A stretch of 64,000 nt of DNA from Octopus bimaculoides (GCF_001194135.2 NC_068990.1:61443252-61507251); one strand, 5' to 3'; counted from the first letter of the stretch, positions 12,575 through 26,284 are shown. Numbers and translations: made by a program. The notes: generated by a model from the letters alone, not told the origin.

Positions 12575-12662
12575 ATTAAATTTGTTGTTTATTTTGTCCC
12601 AAAATATGAAGTAGAGGTGCATCTTATGTGTGAATGTGTCTTTTATGCTAGTGAATACAGTA
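12575..12662 (-). mobile_element. possible pogo/Tigger-like terminal fragment
   Basis: Reverse complement begins TA-CTGTATTCACTAGCATAAAAGACAC, resembling pogo-type TIR starts. Confidence 0.3.
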
Positions 12663-12709
12663 TAAAATTTATTATGCATATATTCACATTTGTTAGTGTG
12701 AGTTAATTA

Positions 12710-12940
12710 ATCTCCCTGTCAAGAACATTCCAAACATATTAGTCCTTAGGATTTAAAATCAATGAGTTTAGAGGCCACACTTTTGGTGTTGCATGATTGT
12801 GCTGATTGTGTGACATCTATTCTTGGATTATGTGAGCTTTGTGAAAAGGTGCTGATCCTTGTTGATAAACACGTAGCCGTCCACTGCATATTTTACCAAT
12901 CCTAGACTTAATAACAACTGTTTCCAGCACCTCAGCATAT
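12710..12940 (-). mobile_element. maT/DD37D transposase remnant
   Basis: VLETVV...RVYQQGSAPFHKAHIIQE*M...WPLNSLILNPKD*YVWNVLDRE, with 37 residues between the mutated 2nd D position and the 3rd D. Confidence 0.8.
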
Positions 12941-13085
12941 GGCATTACACCAGTTACAATGACAAGGGTTCCGGTTGATCCGATCAATGGAACAGCCTGC
13001 TCATTAAATTAACAAGCAAGTGGTTGAGCACTCCACAGACATGTGCATCCTTACTATAGTTCTCTGGGAGATTCAGCCTGATACA
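12941..13085 (-). mobile_element. SINE family D 3' fragment
   Basis: Reverse complement matches the 3' part of 32225-32602 (GTGGAGTGCTCA...CAGGCTGTTCCATTGATC). Confidence 0.8.
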
Positions 13086-13129
13086 GAATCTGCCAAGAAC
13101 TGGAGCAACGGGAAATAAAGGATATTATT

Positions 13130-13266
13130 TACATTATTTACATTGGACGGATATGTGTCCTCATCTTGTTTGCTGTTACCACAACGTCTTGGCTGATATA
13201 CCCTCCAGCCTTTAACAGGTGTCCTGGTAGAATTTTGAACCCAACCCTGGGTTCTCATTCCTAAGG
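13130..13266 (-). mobile_element. Penelope-pLTR-like fragment with a decayed minimal hammerhead; partly duplicated after the gap (13440-13520)
   Basis: Minus strand reads ACAC CTGTTAA A GGCTG-GAGGGTATAT-CAGCC AAGA CG TT GTG, with a perfect 5-bp stem II but a mutated core. Confidence 0.5.
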
Positions 13267-13727
13267 TATACATACATACATACATACATACAGATTAATA
13301 TAAAATACATACATACATGCATGCTTACATACATACATATATATGTACATACATGCATACATACATACATACATACATACATACATACATACAAACATAA
13401 ATGTATACATNNNNNNNNNNNNNNNNNNNNNNNNNNNNNCTTGGCTGATATACCCTCCAGCCTTTAACAGGTGTCCTGGTAGAATTTTGAACCCAACCCT
13501 GGGTTCTCATTCCTAAGGTATACATACATACATACATACATACAGATTAATATAAAATACATACATACATGCATGCTTACATACATACATATATATGTAC
13601 ATACATGCATACATACATACATACATACATACATACATACATACAAACATAAATGTATACATACGTACATACATAAATATATACATACATTGAAATTTCA
13701 ACAACATGAACAGGGTATTTTTGTATG

Positions 13728-14105
13728 TATTATTGGTGCACTGGGATATGTAACACACTGCATAAATACCAGTCTTGAGAAATTAGGTTTCTCAAAGCCA
13801 GAAAAGAGAAAGTTGATTTGAAGACTACAGATCCAAGCCCCTGGAACTGTAAAAATCTGTAAAACTTTCCAGAAGTTTATCATTTAAGTATATATGAGCA
13901 TCTCTGGATATGCAACTATATGTATGAGAATGCATACGTAAAACAAAACATACAAATCTATGCATATACATACATACATACATACATACACACAAAAATA
14001 CCCTTTTGATGTTGTTGAAATCCCAATGAAAGAGCCTTGGATCTAGGTTAGAAACCAACGCTTTCTCTATTGGCAAGAAATCTTGACATAAAACTGAATA
14101 ATGAA
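13728..14105 (+). mobile_element. RLE-type (R4/Dong-like) non-LTR retrotransposon 3' end
   Basis: IIGALGYVTHCINTSLEKLGFSKPEKRKLI*RLQIQA.GTVKICKTFQKFII* plus a 3' UTR shared with the copies at 20732-21540 and 59120-59450. Confidence 0.8.
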
Positions 14106-15097
14106 ATACATGCATGCATGCATGCAAGCACACACATACACACATGCATACATACATACATACATACATAAATGGATGCATACATAAATACATACATACA
14201 TACATACATAAATGCATGCAAACAGACACACATACATACTTATATATACAGACACTCACACACATGTACATGTTCTGTTGATTCCAACTTGTTATGTTGA
14301 AATCCTGTCAAGATGAACTTTTCCTTTCATCCGTCTAGAGTCAATAAATTTAATACCTGTTATGCATTAGGGCTGATTTAACCGATCGCTTATTCCCTCA
14401 GAATTTCTAACTCTGTGCCTAAATTAGAACTTATCTTCACCACAAACACACAAACACACACACTGATACACACACACACATATGTTCAAGCCAGAAAGGA
14501 AGAAACTAAGAAAGTAAAAATTAAAAATAGAAAAAGCAAAATGAAAGAAAGGTTGATAATATGAATACTAATTAATTATTGTTGGAAAGTTTCTTGTCAA
14601 TGGTTTGTGAGATCACTTTCCTATGTTTTCAGCATTTGCAGAGTTTGTTCATGTTTCCATTCGAAAAACAATAAAAAAAAAATAAATGTATTTGCTACTA
14701 TTATCTGTACATTGACTTATTATGTGAGACTTAAAAGATAAGGAATGTTTTTTTAATGATATTAATAAAATATTAAATTAAGAATTATTTTCTATTAAAT
14801 ATGAGACTTAAAAGATAAGAAACGTTATTATTGTGGTATTAAGAATTTTTAAATAAATTTAAAATAAAATTACAGTATTCCAGCGTTGGCTGTATTAGCA
14901 TTGATGTGTATAGAGAATATGATGTGTAAACGTTTGTGAAAAAACAAATGGGAGGCTACTTATGAGGAAATATATTAACAAATGTATCATCTATCTTGTC
15001 TGACATTTTTACATTTGTAAAATGACTTCCAATTTCATATTTGTATGCATGCACAAACCCACATACAACACATACAAACACAAACACACACACACCG

Positions 15098-15139
<42 letters not shown>

Positions 15140-16522
15140 CCATTTAACATCCATTTTCCTTGATGGCATGGGTTAGAGGGTTTGGCTGGGATTAGTAAGC
15201 CAGATAGCTCCACCGGGGTTCTGTCTGTTTTGGCTTGGTCTCTATGGCTGGATGCCCTTCATAGCACTAACCACTAAAAGGTAAACCTTCTCGTCTCATG
15301 CCAACTCATAAGGGCCAGTTTCTCAGGTTCCATGGTGTATAAATTCCCCACCAGGACGGGACGCCAGTCCATCAGAGGATTGCTCATTTTTGCCAGCTGA
15401 GTGGACTGGAGCAATGTGAAATGAAGCGTTTTGCTCAAGAGCACAATGCGTTGCCTGGTCCAGGAATCGAAACCATAATCTTACAATCATGAGTCCAACA
15501 CTCTAACCACTAAGCCATGCGTTTCCACCCTCACCAACCACTCCATAGAGTGCACTGGGTGCTTTTTACATGTCATCACCAGCATGGGTGCCTCACATGT
15601 ATCACCAGCATGGGTGCCTTTTATGGATATAAGCACAGGCATGGCTCTGAATTTAAGAAGTTTGCTTCCCAGCTATGTCCCCCCCCCCCCAGGTTCAGTC
15701 CCACTCTATGGCACCTTGAGCAAGTGCCTTGTACTATGTCCTCAGGATAATTGAAACCTTGTGAATGAATTTGGTAGATGAAACTCTGTGTGTGTGTGTG
15801 TGTGTGTGCGCGTGTATATGCATGTGTGTTTGTGTGTGTATGTGTGTGTGCGTATGTGTACCTTTGTCTTGACATCAATGTTATGATCGTAAAGGAACAT
15901 CACTGTCATACAAGTAGTGTTGTTTATAGTCTTCCATGAAAACCTGTTCCATCATTGGGAAATATTACCTTACTTGGAAACAGTTAATTGTTGGCAATGA
16001 GCAAGGGATCCAGCTGTAGAAAATCTGCCTCAACAAATTCTATTTCAATAATGACATGATTGTTGTATAATATTATAACCCTATAATGATGGGAAGCCAA
16101 CTGTCTAAATAATCAGTCTTCTATAAAGTTATAGCCGTATGGTAAGGAGTTTGCTTCTAAATCACATGGTTCTGGGTTCAGTCCTACTGTATGGCGCAAG
16201 TGTCCTCAGGTCAAGTAACATCAGGTCAACTAAAGTCTTGTGAGGATATTTGGCAGATGAAAACTGAAAGAAGCCTGTCATGTGTGTGTGTGTTTGTGTG
16301 TGTGTGAATGGGTGTATACATATCAGCATGCGTGTGTGTATGTGTGTGTGTTTATCTCCCACCACTGCTTGACAACCGATATTGGTGTGTTTACATCCCT
16401 GTAACTTAGTGGTTTGGCAAAAGATATTGAAAGAATAAGTATCTGGCTTTGAAGAAAAATAAGTACTGGGGTTGATTCGTTTGACTAAAAAAATTCTTTG
16501 AGGCACTACCTCAGCATGGGTC

Positions 16523-17005
16523 TACCCTTTCCACAAGTACCCTCCACCATTTGAGCTTGGCACTTCTTTATGCAGCCGTCCTCATCTATATGCAAGATCA
16601 CAAGATGAATTTTTCAAACTGTTCCATCAGATGAGATGGTTGGATTCTATCCATAGTCTCTGTTGGTCAAGCTTGAATGTGCAATGATGGTTGCTTCTGT
16701 TAGGGCTCCATGGAAGAGGTGCTCAAGGTCTCTATCAGCATGACCCTCTTAGGTATAGTGGCTGGAGAAGATGAAGGGATGGTGGAAACTAAATGTTTCC
16801 AGTATGATGCTCTGGTGCTGGTATCACATAAAAAAGCACCCAGTACTCTCTGTAAAGTGGTTGGCATTAGAAAGGGCATCTAGCTATAAAAACCAAGCCA
16901 AAACAGACTACGGAATCTGGTGTGACATATGACCTTACCAGTTTCTGACAAACTGTCCAACCAATGCCAACATGGAAAACGGACATTAAGTGATGATGAT
17001 GATTA
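16523..17005. mobile_element. rearranged RTE-LINE 3' end: an inverted RT C-terminal piece plus the sense tail
   Basis: Minus strand 16523-16620 encodes IDEDGCIKKCQAQMVEGTCGKGRP, as in the LINE at 30.6 kb. The plus strand continues into the AGGGCATC tail and (ATG)n. Confidence 0.5.
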
Positions 17006-17039
17006 CCACAGTCTCTGAGATGCCCTATATTTTGGTGGC

Positions 17040-17930
17040 CTATTCTTTACACCAACCATCTAAACTTCAGGCATCTTTTCAATACTTCAGATATTATAAA
17101 ACAGTAATGATACTCCCGCAGTCATGTCTATATATGTTTTTAATATTCCTCATCAAATCTAGGAGCCTTTCTGTAATTTTTTAATTGTTTAACGATTCAA
17201 CCTATTTCTCCAACAGATATTTTATGTATAACCAATTCCTGTGTCTCATGTGATTTGGGAATTATCAACGCATTCCTCCCACTAAACCTTGTTTATGTCT
17301 GTATCGAAATGCTATTTCCATCTTCCCTGGATGTTTATATCAGATATTATTAGTTTCCCATCAATTCTAAACATAACCTATTTGATTCTTTACATTGCAT
17401 GTAATCTCAAGTATTTTTCTATAAGTGTTTTTGATTCATACACTGCCTCCTGCATCAAGTAATTTATCTACTTCATCAGCATTCATTTCCAAGAATCTTC
17501 CTTTATCTCTTTTTGGACACATTTTCACCTCTCTGTTGAGACACCAATATTTTGCTATTTCCGCTTTTCCTTCCATTTATTCCTTCTCTGACTTCCAACA
17601 ATTTCTTTTCATTCCCTTTGTACCTCAATAACTCATGTTTCATCCAAAATCCATTTCATTCTTTTTATCTTTTTTCTGGCCATAACAGCTTTGTCTACAT
17701 TTTGGTATATTTGCTTAATATTCTCCACGTACTATTGATTCTAACTTTCAGTTACAGATTCATCTTTTATTCTATCATCCTTTAACTTTCTTTTACCAAA
17801 TCTGGTAAACCCTTCCTTCTCTTCTCTTTCTTTCATTTCTAACTGAAATATCTCTATCACCAACTTGTGGTCACTTTTCACATCTGCACTTCAACATTCT
17901 TTCAGGAATTATTTTATTTTGCATAACCAA
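17040..17930 (-). mobile_element. old RTE-clade LINE ORF2 fragment
   Basis: Degraded translation includes ARKKIKRMKWI and LNREVKMCPKRDKGRFLE, typical of the RTE endonuclease-RT linker. Confidence 0.55.
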
Positions 17931-17962
17931 TTTATCAAAGTATTATCTATTTCAATATAATT

Positions 17963-18007
<45 letters not shown>

Positions 18008-18934
18008 NNNNNNNNNNNNNNNNNNNNNNNNNNNNNNNNNNNNNNNNNNNNNNNNNNNNNNNNNNNNNNNNNNNNNNNNNNNNNNNNNNNNNNNNNNNNN
18101 NNNNNNNNNNNNNNNNNNNNNNNNNNNNNNNNNNNNNNNNNNNNNNNNNNNNNNNNNNNNNNNNNNNNNNNNNNNNNNNNNNNNNNNNNNNNNNNNNNNN
18201 NNNNNNNNNNNNNNNNNNNNNNNNNNNNNNNNNNNNNNNNNNNNNNNNNNNNNNNNNNNNNNNNNNNNNNNNNNNNNNNNNNNNNNNNNNNNNNNNNNNN
18301 NNNNNNNNNNNNNNNNNNNNNNNNNNNNNNNNNNNNNNNNNNNNNNNNNNNNNNNNNNNNNNNNNNNNNNNNNNNNNNNNNNNNNNNNNNNNNNNNNNNN
18401 NNNNNNNNNNNNNNNNNNNNNNNNNNNNNNNNNNNNNNNNNNNNNNNNNNNNNNNNNNNNNNNNNNNNNNNNNNNNNNNNNNNNNNNNNNNNNNNNNNNN
18501 NNNNNNNNNNNNNNNNNNNNNNNNNNNNNNNNNNNNNNNNNNNNNNNNNNNNNNNNNNNNNNNNNNNNNNNNNNNNNNNNNNNNNNNNNNNNNNNNNNNN
18601 NNNNNNNNNNNNNNNNNNNNNNNNNNNNNNNNNNNNNNNNNNNNNNNNNNNNNNNNNNNNNNNNNNNNNNNNNNNNNNNNNNNNNNNNNNNNNNNNNNNN
18701 NNNNNNNNNNNNNNNNNNNNNNNNNNNNNNNNNNNNNNNNNNNNNNNNNNNNNNNNNNNNNNNNNNNNNNNNNNNNNNNNNNNNNNNNNNNNNNNNNNNN
18801 NNNNNNNNNNNNNNNNNNNNNNNNNNNNNNNNNNNNNNNNNNNNNNNNNNNNNNNNNNNNNNNNNNNNNNNNNNNNNNNNNNNNNNNNNNNNNNNNNNNN
18901 NNNNNNNNNNNNNNNNNNNNNNNNNNNNNNNNNN
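18008..18934. other. assembly gap (one of about 20 N runs, most flanked by microsatellites)
   Basis: N bases. ORFs crossing such gaps are artefacts. Confidence 0.99.
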
Positions 18935-19157
18935 ATATATATATACATATATATGTATGTATTCTCTTATTATTTTATTTGCTTCAGTCATTTTACTGCA
19001 GCCATGCTGGAGCACCACCTTATAGGACTTATTCTTTGTAAGCCTAGTACTTATTCGATCAGTCTCTTTTGCCAAACTGCTAGATGACAGAGATGTAAAC
19101 ACACCAACATCGGTTGTCAAGCAATGGTGGGCGGAAAACACAGACACAGATAGACAG

Positions 19158-19192
<35 letters not shown>

Positions 19193-19621
19193 ACAAGCCT
19201 CTTCCAGTTTCTGTCTACCAAATCCACTCATGAGGCTTTGGTCAGCCTGAGGCTACGGTAAAAGACACTTGCCCAAGGTGCCAGGCAATGGGGTTAAACC
19301 CAAAACTATGTGGTTAGGAAGCAAGCTTCTTACCACACAGCCATGCCTACACCTATATGTATATGTATTCATATATACATATATGTACGTAAGATTTTTC
19401 TTTGTGTTTGATTTAAATTATTCTAGAGAGTGTGTAAGCTGGTTGCTAACAAAGCAACAAAACTTTTTGAGTTAAGAGAGTTCCTGGTAAATATGTGGTT
19501 GAGATGGTATGTTGATTGGACTGTCAATGTATATACCCAAGTGTGTGCATCTATTCAAATAAGAATCTCACATGGAGAATGTTTGGAATTTTCTGTGTAT
19601 ATGTATGTATGTATGTATATA

Positions 19622-20018
19622 CTCTTTTACTCTTTTACTTGTTTCAGTCATTTGACTGCGGCCATGCTGGAGCACCACCTTTAGTCGAGCAAATCGACTC
19701 CGGGACTTATTCTTTGTAAGCCTAGTACTTATTCTATCGGTCTCTTTTGCCGAACCACTAAGTTACGGGGACATAAACACACCAGCATCGGTTGTCAAGC
19801 GATGTTGGGGGACAAACACAGACACACAAACATATACATACATACATATATACATATATACGATGGGCTTCTTTCAGTTTCCGTCTACCAAATCCACTCA
19901 CAAGGCTTTGGTTGGCCCGAGGCTATAGTAGAAGACATTTTGCCCAAGATGCCACGCAGTGGGACTGAACCCGGAACCATGTGGTTGGTAAGCAAGCTAC
20001 TTACCACACAGCCACTCC
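19622..20018 (-). mobile_element. SINE family A, near full length
   Basis: Near-identical to the reverse complement of 10222-10645. Confidence 0.93.
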
Positions 20019-20731
20019 NNNNNNNNNNNNNNNNNNNNNNNNNNNNNNNNNNNNNNNNNNNNNNNNNNNNNNNNNNNNNNNNNNNNNNNNNNNNNNNNNN
20101 NNNNNNNNNNNNNNNNNNNNNNNNNNNNNNNNNNNNNNNNNNNNNNNNNNNNNNNNNNNNNNNNNNNNNNNNNNNNNNNNNNNNNNNNNNNNNNNNNNNN
20201 NNNNNNNNNNNNNNNNNNNNNNNNNNNNNNNNNNNNNNNNNNNNNNNNNNNNNNNNNNNNNNNNNNNNNNNNNNNNNNNNNNNNNNNNNNNNNNNNNNNN
20301 NNNNNNNNNNNNNNNNNNNNNNNNNNNNNNNNNNNNNNNNNNNNNNNNNNNNNNNNNNNNNNNNNNNNNNNNNNNNNNNNNNNNNNNNNNNNNNNNNNNN
20401 NNNNNNNNNNNNNNNNNNNNNNNNNNNNNNNNNNNNNNNNNNNNNNNNNNNNNNNNNNNNNNNNNNNNNNNNNNNNNNNNNNNNNNNNNNNNNNNNNNNN
20501 NNNNNNNNNNNNNNNNNNNNNNNNNNNNNNNNNNNNNNNNNNNNNNNNNNNNNNNNNNNNNNNNNNNNNNNNNNNNNNNNNNNNNNNNNNNNNNNNNNNN
20601 NNNNNNNNNNNNNNNNNNNNNNNNNNNNNNNNNNNNNNNNNNNNNNNNNNNNNNNNNNNNNNNNNNNNNNNNNNNNNNNNNNNNNNNNNNNNNNNNNNNN
20701 NNNNNNNNNNNNNNNNNNNNNNNNNNNNNNN

Positions 20732-21540
20732 TTTGAATCAGCTTTCTCCTTTCTGGTTTTGAGAAACATAATTTCTCAAGATTGGTATTTAGGCAGTGTG
20801 TTACATATTTCAGTGCCCCAATAATTACAGGTATAAACCTGAACTTGTAATCTGGATAGAGTAGCTGTAGATTCCTCAATAGTTCAATGTAGGTATTTTC
20901 TTTTTTGCTGATCTTTAACTTTATGCTGGGCAGCCGATTTCCACAACTGTATACAGTTTCTCTTCTCTAACCCAAATTGTTATGTCAGATCTATGTATGT
21001 ATGTGTGTGTGNNNNNNNNNNATGTCATTATTCAGTTTTATTTCAAGATTTCTTGCCAATAGTGAAAGAGCTGGTTTCTAACCTAGATCCAAGGAATTTC
21101 AACAACACCAAGAGGGTATTTTTGTATAAATGTATGTGTTCAGATTTGTATGTTTTGTTTTATGTGTGTATTCTCATGTGTATAGTTGCTTGTCTAGACA
21201 GGCTCATATATACTTAAATGATAAACTTCTTGAAAGTTTTATAAATTTTTACAGTTCCAGTGATGGCTTGGATCTGTAGTTTTTGAATCAGCTTTCTCCT
21301 TTCTGGTTTTGAGAAACATAATTTCTCAAGATTGGTATTTAGGCAGTGTGTTACATATTTCAGTGCCCCAATAATTACAGGTATAAACCTGAACTTGTAA
21401 TCTGGATAGAGTAGCTGTAGNNNNNNNNNNNNNNNNNNNNNNNNNNNNNNNNNNNNNNNNNNNNNAGTTCAATGTAGGTATTTTCTTTTTTGCTGATCTT
21501 TAACTTTATGCTGGGCAGCCGATTTCCACAACTGTATACA
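20732..21540 (-). mobile_element. RLE-type (R4/Dong-like) retrotransposon 3' end, apparently duplicated around gaps
   Basis: SDITIWVREEKLYTVVEIGCPA (PD..E-like endonuclease) and RNLQLLYPDYKFRFIPVIIGAL. 20732-20880 recurs identically at 21283-21420. Confidence 0.8.
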
Positions 21541-22561
21541 GTTTCTCTTCTCTAACCCAAATTGTTATGTCAGATCTATGTATGTATGTGTGTGTGTGTG
21601 TGTGCGTGTGCGTGCATGTGTGTGTGTGTATGATTGTGTGTGTGTATGATTGTGTCTTTGTGCTTGTGCATGTGCTCACTTTCACCATGTGACAATGTGA
21701 GAACTGGTGCTGGTTTGTTTACATCCCTGTAACTTAGTGGTTCAGTAACAGACCAACAAAATTAGTACCAAACTCCAAAATAATTCCTTCAATTAAACCC
21801 TTTAAAGGGGTACTCCAGCATGTCCACAGTCCAATGACTGAAATAAGTAGAAGGTCAAAAATAGAAGATAATGAAAATATTTACTATTAACTATTATAAT
21901 AGTAATAATTATTCCTGTCACTAAAATATTATTAGTTATAGGTCTACTGAGATGCCATATCCTTCATATGTATCATTCCATGCAGGTCATTCTCCTCATG
22001 ATCTTTCCAATTAAAATATGAAATGGATGAACAGAAAGAAAAGAAGAAAGAACTGAAGAAATACATACAGTTTACTGTGTACTCTCATTCCATCTAATTG
22101 AATTATGCGTTATCAAGAATGCATTTAATCTATTAATTATTAATTATAAATTATTAATAAGATGGTTACTAAATAACCACTCTATCCTGTGTTTACAATC
22201 GATGATTAATTCATTTTGTTTATTAAATAAGTAATAATTATCTGTCGTAAAGATTTTGAGTGTCTCACATGTGCATAAACAGCACTGTTGTCCACCTTCC
22301 TGGTATGGTATGGTATGGTATGGCATGGTATGGTAGAAATTATAATACTCCGATGCATCTTAAATTTAATGCCACATGCATATAAGTGCAGGCATGGCTG
22401 TATGAAAAGAAACATGCTTCCTGACCACTTGGTTTTGGGTTCAGTTCCACTGTGTAACACCTTGGGTTGGGTAAATGTCTTCTATAATAACCTTGGGCTG
22501 ACCAAAGTCTTGTGAGTAGATTTGGAAGACTGTAACTGAAAGAAACCTGTCGTGTATGTAT

Positions 22562-22598
<37 letters not shown>

Positions 22599-22701
22599 CG
22601 TGTCCGCGCGCATGCATGTGTTTTTGTGTCAGTGTTAGGCCACCACTTCCAGCTTGACAACCAGTGTTAGTGTGTTTACATCCTCCATATGTGTGTGTGT
22701 A

Positions 22702-22780
<79 letters not shown>

Positions 22781-23409
22781 ACATATATGCAGACAGACAG
22801 ACACACATATACATACATATGTACATAAGAAAATATATGCATGCATACTTCCATTCATAAATACATATATATATATCATTTATTTTACAGTATCTCAAGT
22901 ATGACAGTTTGAAATTGAATGAAACTTATCTTTTCTTTACATTAAGCAATAAATATAATATAGTTGAATTATTGAAGAATTGGGAAATTGAATATTATTT
23001 TGCAGATGAAGAAACTGAAATCCCAATGGGAAAATAATGAGGTTTTCTTGCAATGAGTATGTGTTTTATTTATCATATGTTGTATTGTTCCATGTGTAGG
23101 TGATAAAAGGAGAGACAGGGAAGTAGTGAAGATGACACTTTGTATGAATACATACTTGACAGAAGGATCACAGTTCAAGAGATTGCATAAGAAGAAAACA
23201 ATTGGAACCGGTGTAGCAAGTGACATTAATTGTAGAGAAAAGAGGGATGGGCGGGGTGCTGATGAGTTAAAAAAAATGGGATGGCAAAAACAGAAGCAGT
23301 TATTTGTGCTATTTTATGTAAGATAGGTACCAGTTATTGTTCATGTTGTTTAATTTCCCTCCAGTTCAAATCGCATTGACCAAACCAAATCAAACATCGC
23401 AAGTATTTC

Positions 23410-23549
23410 ACACTCTGTAAAATGGTAGAAATTTTAAAAATGCATCCAGCTATAGAAACCAGGACAAAACAGATAATGTGGAACTTGGTGCAACTCCCAA
23501 CCTTGCCAGCTCCGGTCAAACCATCCAATCCTTGGAAAATAGATGTTAA

Positions 23550-23591
<42 letters not shown>

Positions 23592-24366
23592 NNNNNNNNN
23601 NNNNNNNNNNNNNNNNNNNNNNNNNNNNNNNNNNNNNNNNNNNNNNNNNNNNNNNNNNNNNNNNNNNNNNNNNNNNNNNNNNNNNNNNNNNNNNNNNNNN
23701 NNNNNNNNNNNNNNNNNNNNNNNNNNNNNNNNNNNNNNNNNNNNNNNNNNNNNNNNNNNNNNNNNNNNNNNNNNNNNNNNNNNNNNNNNNNNNNNNNNNN
23801 NNNNNNNNNNNNNNNNNNNNNNNNNNNNNNNNNNNNNNNNNNNNNNNNNNNNNNNNNNNNNNNNNNNNNNNNNNNNNNNNNNNNNNNNNNNNNNNNNNNN
23901 NNNNNNNNNNNNNNNNNNNNNNNNNNNNNNNNNNNNNNNNNNNNNNNNNNNNNNNNNNNNNNNNNNNNNNNNNNNNNNNNNNNNNNNNNNNNNNNNNNNN
24001 NNNNNNNNNNNNNNNNNNNNNNNNNNNNNNNNNNNNNNNNNNNNNNNNNNNNNNNNNNNNNNNNNNNNNNNNNNNNNNNNNNNNNNNNNNNNNNNNNNNN
24101 NNNNNNNNNNNNNNNNNNNNNNNNNNNNNNNNNNNNNNNNNNNNNNNNNNNNNNNNNNNNNNNNNNNNNNNNNNNNNNNNNNNNNNNNNNNNNNNNNNNN
24201 NNNNNNNNNNNNNNNNNNNNNNNNNNNNNNNNNNNNNNNNNNNNNNNNNNNNNNNNNNNNNNNNNNNNNNNNNNNNNNNNNNNNNNNNNNNNNNNNNNNN
24301 NNNNNNNNNNNNNNNNNNNNNNNNNNNNNNNNNNNNNNNNNNNNNNNNNNNNNNNNNNNNNNNNNN

Positions 24367-24440
<74 letters not shown>
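23410..24440 (+). repeat. RTE tail copy ending in a (GAC)n microsatellite that spans an assembly gap
   Basis: ATGCATCCAGCTATAGAAACC...GATGTTAAACGACGACG, with GAC repeats at 23550-23591 and 24367-24440. Confidence 0.8.
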
Positions 24441-24442
<2 letters not shown>

Positions 24443-25041
24443 TAAGGATTATTTCAGTTACATAATCTTTAGTTGGTTCAATTAACAATACTCCTCTTAT
24501 ACAATTTGTCTATGCTTGTGAGATGCAAATGAAATCATAAAGCTGCATTTTAAGGCATTGGGTCAAGACTAAAAATGTGAAGACTTGGTAAGGCAATAAC
24601 TCAAGCATTTTTTACTGTGAATTTGTTGTTATAGGTAGATCTTACTGTAATATATAACTAATTTTTGTATTATTCTATTTATCATACTAATTAATTATGA
24701 ACTGCTATTATTTCTTTATAACCTATTTTCAAATGTTTAATTATTAATTAATAATTAAGAAAATGAATTTTTTAAAGTGCAAAAAATATTTTAATTGCAT
24801 TATTTTTAAATTTTTAATAGAAGTAACGAGTAATAACAAATAGAAGTAATAAAATTTTTAGTTTTAATAAAAGCTAATATTTTCTAAATCTAAATATTTT
24901 ATTTGAAATTTTATCCTTAGCTGCAATATTTTAAGAAAAAAAATTTTTGTTCTATACTTTACCTGATGTAATAACTTGTCCTGTAATTTTCCAAGTTTAT
25001 AATGTTAAGATTATTATTACGCTTGCTCACATTTTCCCATG

Positions 25042-25089
<48 letters not shown>

Positions 25090-26284
25090 GATGGGCTTCT
25101 TTTAGTTTCTGTCTACCAAATCCACTCTCAAGGCTTTGGTCTGCCCAAGGTTATAGTAAAAGAGACTTGCCCAAGGTGCCACGCTGTGGGACTGAACCTA
25201 GACTCACGTGCTTGGGAAGCAAGCTTCTTAACACACGCACCCACACATACACATGCACACATATATACACATGGACAATGGACTTCCATGTAGTTTCAAT
25301 GTACTAAGTTCACTTGCAAGGCATTGATCAGCTCAGGGCTATAGTAAAAAAATATGCTTGTCCTGGGTGTTGCACAGTGAGACTGAACCTGGAACCGTGT
25401 GGTTGTAAAATGAGCTTCTTAACCACACAGCTATGTCTGCAAATAGTGGAGTGAATTTAGAGGACTATAATCTCTTGTATAAATTTATCGGGCAGCCTTA
25501 TGGGTCCATGCAAGAAACTGATACTGCCATGTAGAATGCTTAACCCATTACCTACCAGTGATCTCATATGAGATCACTTAAAAATTACAAATTTCGTAAT
25601 TTTCTGTCAATATTTACACATATCTAACCTTTTTTGCTATATCTACTAGGTATATTTCTCTGATATTCAAATGAGGTTTGCTAATGTTTCACCCAATATC
25701 TCGCATATTTCTATTTAAAATGTTATTTTGAAATGTTATTTTGATCATTCCAGCGTGTTTCTAAGGCTGTTTTATGCTAGAAATCAAAGTTTCATAAAAA
25801 AAATTCCAGTTAATAAAATTATGGAAGGTATTGGGTTAAGGTTCTTTTGATGAGCTTGTGTATTGGTCACTCTCTTCTTTGCCACTCCAGATCATATCCC
25901 TACCCACAGCTATCAGGGCACAGATTGCTTCCCGCAAGTGCAAAGTCTGCGAGTCAGAGTGGCTGTTCCAGTGCATTTCCCTTACTGTCCTCTGGGGCAA
26001 TGCCTTTTCCATTTTGTCTGCTGGTGCCATGACAAATGTTTCTATTTTGTGAGAGGCACGACTCTCCATTAACCATTTACCTATAAGTCTGAATAATAAA
26101 TCATAAGAACTGGCGATGTAGGTTGGGTGGGGAGTGCTAAGCAGTAATAAGTAAAATTGTAATGTTATTATCAGTCTGAATATGTTTGACGCACGTTCGA
26201 ACTGGGGAACAAGCCACTCACTGTGTTTTGTCACGGAGAATGTATCTTTCTTGTAGACAAATGGTGTATATACACGTAGATCAG

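Noticed and set aside
17909-19231. Long ORFs of 200-440 aa containing X runs
   Set aside because: They are open only because they cross N gaps.
23100-23317. AG...GTAAGA-bounded 218-nt open frame that looks like an exon
   Set aside because: An alternative frame reads ILDRRITVQEIA*E, a mariner HTH remnant, and no partner exons were found.
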